Shown here in pieces: positions 41,714-49,704 of a stretch of DNA of 49,704 bases; the first letter of the stretch is position 1; the number at the start of each line of letters is the position of its first letter. The stretch comes from a virus (Duplodnaviria; Heunggongvirae; Uroviricota; Caudoviricetes), in IMG/VR virus record IMGVR_UViG_2703718837_000001, one strand, 5' to 3'. Under the pieces are notes generated by a model. The model saw only the letters and a program-made list of their open reading frames with translations, ran no database searches and was not told the DNA's origin. Made by a program: the position numbers and the translations under genes.

Positions 41714-42595
41714 ATGCTTTTACCCCTTTTCCCGTTACCATCGCGGCCAACTGAATTGATCCAGTTTCGTCAACCAAATATTGCTGATGCGATGCGTTTC
41801 AACTCGATAACACCGGAGGAACAAGAACAACAGACAACGGCGTATTTAAAAGCCTTGCTGGCTGAACCCGCGAAACATGACCCCCTGACATGGACGGCGC
41901 AGGACCGGATTACCGCGTTATGGTGGATATTTACCGGCTCCCGTGAAACACCGGTCGAGACATTCACCTACACCTGTAAACATTGCGGTAAAGAGCATTA
42001 TTACGATTGCGATATGAATGCTCTGGCTGAAGATATTCAGGTCCTGGAAGTGGAACCGTTCATTGACGATATTGAGGTGTCTGTAGAGGGAGTGCCTTAT
42101 CAATGGCGTATCGTGCCGCTTGATGGTTGGGCAATGGAAATGCTGGAGATGCGCCGTGCAGCATTGCCACCTGAAGACGACGCGGAATTCAAAGAAGCGA
42201 TCGTTGATTTGCGTTTTTGGGAATTCGCTTATCAGTGTGAGCTTTATAACGATGTTAGTGGTACTCGTGAAGATCAGGCTGAGCGTCGTTATGAAACGAT
42301 TAAACGGATGGCCATTGATACTGAATTTATGAAGCTGGCGGCACACATCCGACTGGCTCATGAAAAGCTCGAACATGGTTTACCGTGCTACATCGATAAA
42401 GGTGAAATGCGTCTTCGTCTCCCGCCGCACAAATGCCCAAACCAGGATCAAAAGGAGTCCACAGAGGGTGCGTATACCCGTCTGTGGGTGCCCTTTCGGG
42501 CTACCGACTTCATTCCACAGGTGGGGATTGAAAAGCTATCAGACCTTAGTGTCCAACCTGGTTTTGTATGGGGGTATACCGATTCAGGACGCTGA
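41714..42595 (+). CDS. Hypothetical tail protein with C4 zinc ribbon
   Basis: 293 aa; CKHCGKEHYYDCD cluster. Confidence 0.5.
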   Translation: MLLPLFPLPSRPTELIQFRQPNIADAMRFNSITPEEQEQQTTAYLKALLAEPAKHDPLTWTAQDRITALWWIFTGSRETPVETFTYTCKHCGKEHYYDCDMNALAEDIQVLEVEPFIDDIEVSVEGVPYQWRIVPLDGWAMEMLEMRRAALPPEDDAEFKEAIVDLRFWEFAYQCELYNDVSGTREDQAERRYETIKRMAIDTEFMKLAAHIRLAHEKLEHGLPCYIDKGEMRLRLPPHKCPNQDQKESTEGAYTRLWVPFRATDFIPQVGIEKLSDLSVQPGFVWGYTDSGR

Positions 42596-42676
42596 AAGGC
42601 TTACTGAATCCTATGCGTTTTTCCTGTTGGAGAAACTGGAAGAAAAACTTAAACCGAAACGGTAGGCGATAAGATC

Positions 42677-45600
42677 ATGGAAAGAAAAAACGCCAACATT
42701 GACGATGTGATAAGGACAGTTGAAACCGCCAGCGCAAAAGAGCTGGAAGAGCTTGCTGGTATCCGGGAAGCTGTTGAAGATTTGAAAGGTGGGCGAGTTG
42801 CAACTGTTGATCCTGTCTCTCGCAGTGTGTCGGCATTAAATCGCACAATCGAAAATTCCCGGCCAGACTTTGTGGCCAATGCGCCATCAGTGGACCCTAT
42901 TGTTGAGGCAATGAAACGGCTTAATTTAGGGGACGTTTCTCGTGTAGTTCAGGAGGATGTTGCTCTACAGGAACCGCAGGCCAAATCAACTACGCGAAAG
43001 GGTAAAAAACGACGCAGGAAGGCTATACCAGAGGATGTAAAGGCACAACGGACCGAAGCAGCCGAACACGCTCGCGAAATGTTCGGTCAAAAAGGCGGTG
43101 CGCAAAAAAGCCAAAACCAACGCGATGCGCGTGGTCGTTTTATTGGAAAGTCAGGGAGTAAGGCCGCAGCGGAAGATGCCCGTGCTGAACGTGCTGAAAA
43201 GGCCAGGCGCAAAGAGGATGATGAGCGTCTAAATGCTGAATCAGGTTTATTAAAAAAACTGTCAAAAGTAGCTGAAGGCATAGGTAACCCTTCAGAGACA
43301 CGTGCCGTCGATGCGTTAGGTTATGCCGTTGCTGGTCCATTGTGGGCAGCAGGGAAGGAGCTTGGCGGGATATCAAAAGAAGTTGGTGGATCGCTTAATG
43401 GTGCCAGAAAGTCTATTGCCGATGTGATTCGTGGCAATGACGATAACAGCCGTAAAAAAGGTTTTTTTAGGCGTAAATCGCAAAGTAGTGCCGATGTCGT
43501 TCAGGTTAACACTCAAAAACGGACGGTTCAGGAACTTCAGGATCAGACCAGCGAAATTAAAGAGGGCAATGATAAGATTCTCAGCGCCCTTGAGCAGATA
43601 GCCAAAAACACCGGGAAAAAGAAGGGCGGCTTGCTGTCCAAATTATTTAGCCTGTTAGGGAAGGGGGCCGGAGGCGTCGCGTCGTTATTAATGGGGCGTG
43701 GCATGCTGAAAAAAGCGGGAGCACTCGCTTTTGGCGCTCTGGGGGCAAAGAGACTCGTAGGAATGCTACGCGGTGGGGGCAAGAAGACTCTCGCCCATGA
43801 AGGCGGAGATTTGGCTGCCCGGGCAGCAGGTAAACTTGGATTAAAGGCAGTTGGTAAAGGGGCGTTACGCGCAATTCCCCTAGTCGGCACAGTGGCTGGA
43901 GGTATTTATGATGCGGTAACCGGTTGGAATGATACAGAAGCGCAACGTCGAGCGTTTGGGCTTAAATCAGGACAAGATCCATCATTCCAGCAAAAAGCCG
44001 CTTATACGTTAGCTAATGTTCTTGATATGGGGGGACTGGTATCTGGTATTAGCAGCGCCATTGGTGAGGTTCTCAAATCACTTGGATTTGAGGATATCGG
44101 CAATATGTTGCAATCATTTTCGACGGAAAGTATTGCCCAGGCCATTGATAGTGGGATTACCAACTTAGAAACATATATTTCTAACCTTGGCGACACGATT
44201 TCTACCAAGTTCGATGATTACACAGCAAAGATTGGTGATGCTGTTTCAGCATGGTTTAGCGATACATCTAATAAGCTGCTTGAAAAGCTGGATGCCATCA
44301 AAGACTTCTTTACTGTCGATAACCTGAAACAGGTTTTCAGTGATGCAATTGATAGTGCAATTGACTTCATTAAGAACCCAGGGAAACACATTAAAGAGGC
44401 GGCTGGTAATATTTGGGATGGGGTTAAAAATTTACCCGGTAAAGCATTAGATGCAGCGGTTGATGCCGTTAAAAATACCCCTGCGGCAATGATTGTATCA
44501 AAAATACCCAATCCGATCGGCGAGGCTAATGCAAAAGAAATCACTCCAGAGTTAAAAGCTCCGGTTAATAGCCACCAGGAGACATCTGATTCTAAAACTG
44601 AATCCGATGCTAAACAGACTAATATTGCTACCCGCGTGATAAATGCGGCACTGGACACGGCGAAAGATAGCAATAAAACAGTTAAAGAAACTGCCAATCA
44701 GATTATCAATGCAAATGCCGTAGAAACGGGCAATAGCGCGGTGCGGAAAATTGATTCAGCTATTGGTCAAAATAGCTCGTCATCATCGTCGCTTAATACC
44801 ACTGGCACCAGGAATGACATTCAGAAAGCTGCGGATACTTACAACAATGGCAACTTAGATGTAAAAGTCGGAAGTCTTGGCGCTGAAGGTAAGGCAAATC
44901 TCGATAAGTTGGCTCCGTATTTTGCCGAACTAGAGAATAAATACGGTCTTCCAGAAGGCACTCTTTACGCGATTGCTGCAACTGAATCTGGTGGTAATCC
45001 GTATGCAAAATCCCAAACCGGTGCTCTGGGGATGTTTCAGTTCACGGGGATTGCTCGTGAAGAGACTGGCTTAGCTGAAGGTGAATCGTTTGATCCTGTG
45101 AAATCGGCAGAAGCTGCGGCTCTTCTCATGAGCAAGTATCTGAAGCAAGCCAATGGAGACTTAAACGAGGCCATCACTGCATATAATGCTGGGTTTGGCA
45201 CTATTAATAAGTGGAAAAAAGGCACAGGTGACTTATCGAAAGAAAACCGTGAGTACGCGATCAAGGTCAATACTCATCGTGCTCGCTATTTAGGTGGTGA
45301 AATCTATACACCTGGAGCAGGAGCACAGGGTGGGGCGCAATATGGAGTGAGGGGACCACTGCCTGATAACGCTGTTATCGATCAGTCTACTGGCCTGGCG
45401 TTTACCCTTGGTGATAGCCCGTTTGAGAAAGGCGGTCTGGTCGACAAAATCGGCAATGCTGTTGGCGTTAACGATCTGGTCAACAAATTCATGAATGGCC
45501 GGGGGATGCGTCGGGAAGTCGTTCAGGGAACGCTCGAAGAACGTGCACGAGGGAAGGGGACTGCAACAGCAGCTGGCAATGTGTACGTTGATACTCCGAT

Positions 45601-46069
45601 GCCAGTTGAGGAGGCGCGTCCGGTGGCCAGCAACTCAAGTTACTTTGACCAACTCGGTGCACAAATGGGGATTGATGGGCTGTATGACAAACTCATTAAT
45701 ACCCGGGGAATGCGCTCAAATAATTCTCCTCAACCAGCTTCCACGTCCCAGATGACGACTGTCGCCAACGATTTGCAGCAACCAACCGGTCGTATGCAGA
45801 TAGACGGGCAGGTTATTAGTGACCTTGGCGGTTCCGGTGCCAAGCCGACAATGCAGTTGGCTGATAATACCGTTTCACTTGATGGTGAAACGAAGCGGCT
45901 GTTTGCGCAGATGACCTCATTGCTTGCCAGGATTGAAGAGCACACCAAAGACTCGGCGAAAGGCCAGGGAACTGTCGTAAAGGTCAGCACGCCTCAGCCG
46001 GGCGTTATGCGCACGGTACCACTGTCAATTGATGATCCGTTGATGAATGACTACGCGAGAGTTGATTGA
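42677..46069 (+). CDS. sit: Tape-measure-like protein with soluble lytic transglycosylase domain (Sit-like)
   Basis: 1130 aa; Gly/Lys-rich repeats; SLT signature near the C-terminus (AIAATESGGNPYA...GALGMFQFT...AYNAG). Confidence 0.75.
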   Translation: MERKNANIDDVIRTVETASAKELEELAGIREAVEDLKGGRVATVDPVSRSVSALNRTIENSRPDFVANAPSVDPIVEAMKRLNLGDVSRVVQEDVALQEPQAKSTTRKGKKRRRKAIPEDVKAQRTEAAEHAREMFGQKGGAQKSQNQRDARGRFIGKSGSKAAAEDARAERAEKARRKEDDERLNAESGLLKKLSKVAEGIGNPSETRAVDALGYAVAGPLWAAGKELGGISKEVGGSLNGARKSIADVIRGNDDNSRKKGFFRRKSQSSADVVQVNTQKRTVQELQDQTSEIKEGNDKILSALEQIAKNTGKKKGGLLSKLFSLLGKGAGGVASLLMGRGMLKKAGALAFGALGAKRLVGMLRGGGKKTLAHEGGDLAARAAGKLGLKAVGKGALRAIPLVGTVAGGIYDAVTGWNDTEAQRRAFGLKSGQDPSFQQKAAYTLANVLDMGGLVSGISSAIGEVLKSLGFEDIGNMLQSFSTESIAQAIDSGITNLETYISNLGDTISTKFDDYTAKIGDAVSAWFSDTSNKLLEKLDAIKDFFTVDNLKQVFSDAIDSAIDFIKNPGKHIKEAAGNIWDGVKNLPGKALDAAVDAVKNTPAAMIVSKIPNPIGEANAKEITPELKAPVNSHQETSDSKTESDAKQTNIATRVINAALDTAKDSNKTVKETANQIINANAVETGNSAVRKIDSAIGQNSSSSSSLNTTGTRNDIQKAADTYNNGNLDVKVGSLGAEGKANLDKLAPYFAELENKYGLPEGTLYAIAATESGGNPYAKSQTGALGMFQFTGIAREETGLAEGESFDPVKSAEAAALLMSKYLKQANGDLNEAITAYNAGFGTINKWKKGTGDLSKENREYAIKVNTHRARYLGGEIYTPGAGAQGGAQYGVRGPLPDNAVIDQSTGLAFTLGDSPFEKGGLVDKIGNAVGVNDLVNKFMNGRGMRREVVQGTLEERARGKGTATAAGNVYVDTPMPVEEARPVASNSSYFDQLGAQMGIDGLYDKLINTRGMRSNNSPQPASTSQMTTVANDLQQPTGRMQIDGQVISDLGGSGAKPTMQLADNTVSLDGETKRLFAQMTSLLARIEEHTKDSAKGQGTVVKVSTPQPGVMRTVPLSIDDPLMNDYARVD

Positions 46070-46425
46070 TGGCCAACAATAACGAAATTGATCCTTTGCT
46101 GACGCTGGAGTTATCCGGCGTAAAAACGTATGAGTCCCAGGAGGAGGCCTGGGGCGCTCGTTTATATGAGTGGCTAAACACTTATCAGGGTGAGGTATAC
46201 GGAGATCCGTCATGGGGCAATGTTTTACCGCAGTTTAAACACGAACCGACCAACTTGTCGCATGTTCAAATTGCGGTTGAGGCAATGCTGTTGCAAAAAC
46301 TGACGGTAGATTTACCTGACATACCGATTTCTGGCTTGTCAGTAGCCGAGGGAGATGCTTTTGATAAGTTGAAAATATCCATTCGTATCAGGGATATAAC
46401 TATCACACAGGACGTGGTGCTATGA
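46066..46425 (+). CDS. Putative baseplate protein (gpW/gp25-like by size and position)
   Basis: 119 aa; start overlaps the sit stop. Confidence 0.4.
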   Translation: MMANNNEIDPLLTLELSGVKTYESQEEAWGARLYEWLNTYQGEVYGDPSWGNVLPQFKHEPTNLSHVQIAVEAMLLQKLTVDLPDIPISGLSVAEGDAFDKLKISIRIRDITITQDVVL

Positions 46426-47855
46426 GTAAAACAACACCGACTAAAGACAGTATTCGTGCAGAGTTTGAAGAGCTTGTCGAGAAAGATTCATTCTGGTCGA
46501 AGTTTGTCGGCTCTCAATTTGTCTCGATGCTGACATTGTTTATTACCCAGATTGTCTACAGGTGCTTTCAGTATGCCGATGCGGCGCTGGCTGAAGGCTT
46601 TATATCGACCGCGACGCGGCGTTCCTCTATCCTGGCAGCGGCAGAAACGAATAGTTACGTTGGTACCAAGCCAACACCGTCATCGGGGATGATTGAGATC
46701 ACCGCCACAAGTGAAGATGCCCCAGCGGTAATCCCCAAAAACATGCCTTTAATATCTGACGACCAGTACCCTTACATGACTATGGATGTATGCAGGTTGG
46801 TTGACGGCACCGGTACGGTAGAAGTGGCACAGTTGGAAATCCAGGAGGTGACATATACCGTTACGGCAGCCAAAGAATTTCTGGAAGTCGTGTTATCAAA
46901 GGCTCTCACTGCTGTCTGCTATAAGCTGGAAGTATTCGTGACGACCGATGGTAAGACCACGCAGTGGTCTTCCAGCACTATGTTCCGGTTAGCCGGTAGT
47001 AAAAGCCAGGTCTACGTTGAGTTTTATAAACCATCCGAGCAGTTGGGGGTTCGATTCGGTGATGGGCTAATTGGGCAAATACCGCCAGAAGGCTCGACCA
47101 TTACACTTAAGGTATGGTGCACCAACGGAGATATAACCTTGGTTGCTGGCCAAAATCTGACGCCTGTCGATTCTGCGGCTAATTTAGCTAATTTGATTTC
47201 AGTTAAGACAACGACACCCATAACCGCAGGTACCGATGCCGAAACAACGGAGATCACACGTAATCGTGCACAATATTACCTTGCCTATGATGATCAGGTC
47301 GTATGGGGCGGGGACTATACGTATTTTCTGGTGCGTAACATCCCGGGACTGTCCTGGGTAAAGGCATGGGGCGAAGGCCAGCAAGAGAAATTAGATGGTG
47401 CTTATAATGTTCGGAATATCAATAAGATATTTATTTCAGGATGGCATCCAAACAAAAGCCAGTCAGAGCTTGAAGAAATGATCCTGGCTGCTTTTAAGAA
47501 GGTGCCGAATGAGTTGAACAAGAAATTCTCGTATAAAGAGGTCAGAAAACTACCCTTTAAGATCACCATCACTGGGCGGATATCGGCAAGCCTGACCATT
47601 GAGAACGTGACCGATGAGCTGAAGTCGGCACTGGAAACAAAATTTGGGCGCGACTCAACTTTCTTTGATCCGAACCGCGTCGGAAAGTACATCCTGATTA
47701 AGAAAAAAGACGTTTGGGCGTTTATCGAAACGCTGGGTTATTTCCGCGACTTTTATCTGGAATTTGTCGAGTGGAATGAGTCCAACGGCTTTTACGATTT
47801 CGTCTATCTGGATACAGAAAACTCCACCTTTAATATTTCGTATGAGGATGAGTGA
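46422..47855 (+). CDS. Putative baseplate wedge protein (gpJ-like by position)
   Basis: 477 aa, translationally coupled to flanking genes. Confidence 0.45.
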   Translation: MSKTTPTKDSIRAEFEELVEKDSFWSKFVGSQFVSMLTLFITQIVYRCFQYADAALAEGFISTATRRSSILAAAETNSYVGTKPTPSSGMIEITATSEDAPAVIPKNMPLISDDQYPYMTMDVCRLVDGTGTVEVAQLEIQEVTYTVTAAKEFLEVVLSKALTAVCYKLEVFVTTDGKTTQWSSSTMFRLAGSKSQVYVEFYKPSEQLGVRFGDGLIGQIPPEGSTITLKVWCTNGDITLVAGQNLTPVDSAANLANLISVKTTTPITAGTDAETTEITRNRAQYYLAYDDQVVWGGDYTYFLVRNIPGLSWVKAWGEGQQEKLDGAYNVRNINKIFISGWHPNKSQSELEEMILAAFKKVPNELNKKFSYKEVRKLPFKITITGRISASLTIENVTDELKSALETKFGRDSTFFDPNRVGKYILIKKKDVWAFIETLGYFRDFYLEFVEWNESNGFYDFVYLDTENSTFNISYEDE

Positions 47856-48691
47856 TGCAGCGTTCCTGGTTTAATAACCGGCTTACATCAGCTAAGCAAA
47901 AGTCATTGCTCTATAAATCATTGGCTGATTTGGTTCAGTCAATGATGGACACCTTTGTTGACCCATGGTTGGAGCGAATTACCAACCGGAAGTCTATTTT
48001 CTCCATGAGCAAGGAAGATCTGGAGACTAGGACAAATGAACTTGGCCAGTTCTTTACTATCAGAACCTCGAACTCATCTTCCGTTCCGATGTTGTTACAA
48101 CAGCGGTTTGATGAGATCCATTTTAAGGGTACTGAACGCCCTATAAACCAGACAATTTATCGCGAATTTAACGGTATATCGGTTTTATGGGATCCCATAT
48201 ATGCTCCGGTGGACTTTGAACGTCATCCCTATGGCACGGTCCTGATTCCAGAAAGCACACTGGAAACCACCGGCGGCACATTCGGCGAGATGTTTCTGAC
48301 TTCCAGAGGAATGATCAGTATTCCCATAAACGACCTGGCCCGGACAATGGGTATTACTGGAACGATAGATCAGTCCGCAATTACAGAAGAAATTCTCAGA
48401 AAGTTTAATCAGTTCGTAAAGCCTCTACTACCACTGCATATAGTGTTTGATGGGCTTACGCTCTATTTGTCGGTTGTTGTAAATGAACAGGCCGACATGA
48501 TCACTTTGAATGAGATTTCTGATACCGAAAAAGCATTCTGCTGGTTTGAAACTTCGGATACAACTTCGCTTACAGGAGTTACGTCGATTAGCGCCCCGAT
48601 CACCGCAACGCCGGGCGGCACTATTGTGAAAGCGACACCTACGTTTGATCGCACCCGCGCAGATGATTTGTTGCTGGATAGCGATGCCTGA
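47852..48691 (+). CDS. Putative baseplate/tail protein
   Basis: 279-aa ORF overlapping the previous stop. Confidence 0.45.
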   Translation: MMQRSWFNNRLTSAKQKSLLYKSLADLVQSMMDTFVDPWLERITNRKSIFSMSKEDLETRTNELGQFFTIRTSNSSSVPMLLQQRFDEIHFKGTERPINQTIYREFNGISVLWDPIYAPVDFERHPYGTVLIPESTLETTGGTFGEMFLTSRGMISIPINDLARTMGITGTIDQSAITEEILRKFNQFVKPLLPLHIVFDGLTLYLSVVVNEQADMITLNEISDTEKAFCWFETSDTTSLTGVTSISAPITATPGGTIVKATPTFDRTRADDLLLDSDA

Positions 48692-48769
48692 CAATCACCC
48701 CGTCCGCAGGGCGGGGTGACAAGTTACTTCTCTTACAATGTGGTTCCACAACGTTGATTAAGGAAAATC

Positions 48770-49204
48770 ATGTCTGACGTCTCAACAAACCTCTATAAGA
48801 GTCAGTTGTTGGACTATTACTATCAGCGGCGCGCTGAATCGTCCATTAACAAAGGCTCTCGATTTTTAATCAGCAAGGCCGTTTTCGGTACCAGTTCGCT
48901 GGTTACTAAGAAAGGAGATGGCACTTATGAGATTGGAGAACTGCCAAAGGCTTTCGATCTGGCAGAACTGACCAGTCAATTTTGCACCATCAACCTCGTG
49001 CCAACCTACTCAGGTGGGACAATTACTGTCCGAATGGACCTTGATCAAAGCCAGTTGCAGGAAGGGAAAAACTACCCATTCAACACTCTGGTTGTTCTGG
49101 ATAACGAGAACAAGCCAATCGCCATTATTTGTGTCCAGGAAGACTCGCTGTATGTGGGCAAAACATATACCGCAGTTATGGCCATAAACACGACTACAGC
49201 ATAA
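48770..49204 (+). CDS. Hypothetical tail protein
   Basis: 144-aa ORF after a GC hairpin at 48697-48722. Confidence 0.45.
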   Translation: MSDVSTNLYKSQLLDYYYQRRAESSINKGSRFLISKAVFGTSSLVTKKGDGTYEIGELPKAFDLAELTSQFCTINLVPTYSGGTITVRMDLDQSQLQEGKNYPFNTLVVLDNENKPIAIICVQEDSLYVGKTYTAVMAINTTTA

Positions 49205-49215
49205 GGATATGCTTG

Positions 49216-49704
49216 ATGAATGACGTTACAGTTGTCACATCGGTTACTTACCCATCACCCGAGTCGTTGGCTCTGGTGGCTGATGTGCAATACCACGAAC
49301 CATATCTGTCAGCCGCGCTAAACCGAAAATTCAGGGGAATTGTTGATCCTGGATTTTATGCCGGTTTCTTGCCTAAGCCTGGTGGTGGGATGAACCTGTT
49401 AATCACCTCAGTGGATGGTGATAAAACCGCTGGCGCGGCGTCAGTGGATGTAGGTGAATTCTACCAGGTAACTATTCAGCACCGTAAGGATATTTCTCTT
49501 GCACTTAGCGCAGGTAAGAAATATGCAATTGTTCTGAAGGGAAGATACCTCCTTGGAGAAGATACCTATCAGGTGAATATCGCGTCACATATTTATGCGG
49601 CCGAATTTGTTGCCAGAACCTATACCGATTCATATCAGTTAGGAGATGGGGAGCTGCTTGTTTGTACGGTGAATATCCCTGCTGGTTGGATTTGCCCCTA
49701 TATT
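49216..49704 (+). CDS. Putative tail fibre protein, N-terminal part (partial, continues beyond window)
   Basis: ATG at 49216; frame open for 163 codons to the window end; positioned after baseplate genes. Confidence 0.4.
   Translation, partial: MNDVTVVTSVTYPSPESLALVADVQYHEPYLSAALNRKFRGIVDPGFYAGFLPKPGGGMNLLITSVDGDKTAGAASVDVGEFYQVTIQHRKDISLALSAGKKYAIVLKGRYLLGEDTYQVNIASHIYAAEFVARTYTDSYQLGDGELLVCTVNIPAGWICPYI

Noticed and set aside
43087-45990. Minus-strand ORFs inside the tape-measure gene
   Set aside because: Antisense to the Sit-like gene; compositionally biased translations.

Overview
This window reads as a segment of a P1-type phage-plasmid (temperate myovirus that replicates as a plasmid), with accessory insertions. 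The backbone, left to right: a minus-strand late operon (lambda-type Ser/Thr phosphatase, VRR-NUC nuclease, zinc-ribbon protein, two paralogous GSGPS-motif proteins); a plus-strand operon ending in a gpV/gp5-like baseplate spike; an intein-interrupted Dcm-Dam fusion methyltransferase with an RdgC homologue; a PAAR-like gene; an Rz/Rz1-like spanin pair; the P1-type plasmid replicon (DnaA boxes, five GATC sites, five iterons, repA, nine incA iterons, parA, parB, parS-like site); head and sheath genes; a repL/kilA lytic replicon; an immI-like c4/icd/ant immunity region; then tail tube, Sit-like tape measure, baseplate and the start of a tail fibre. At least seven 17-bp matches to the P1 C1-repressor operator sit in front of these operons. 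The accessory, non-backbone parts are the most interesting: (i) at the left edge, a FimB/FimE-family recombinase divergent from a GC-rich secreted surface protein gene; (ii) an AT-rich variable region (12.3-17.4 kb) with two orphan genes, a glycosyltransferase relic next to a tRNA 3'-end fragment, a 311-aa protein whose C-terminus mimics the SSB tail tip, and an IS200/IS605-type tnpB element; (iii) an AT-rich three-gene island (33.4-35.2 kb) between the tail genes and the lytic replicon, the best candidate here for an undescribed defence or abortive-infection system. No CRISPR array, rRNA or complete tRNA gene was found. All calls rest on reading the translations and motifs by eye; none has been checked by database search.
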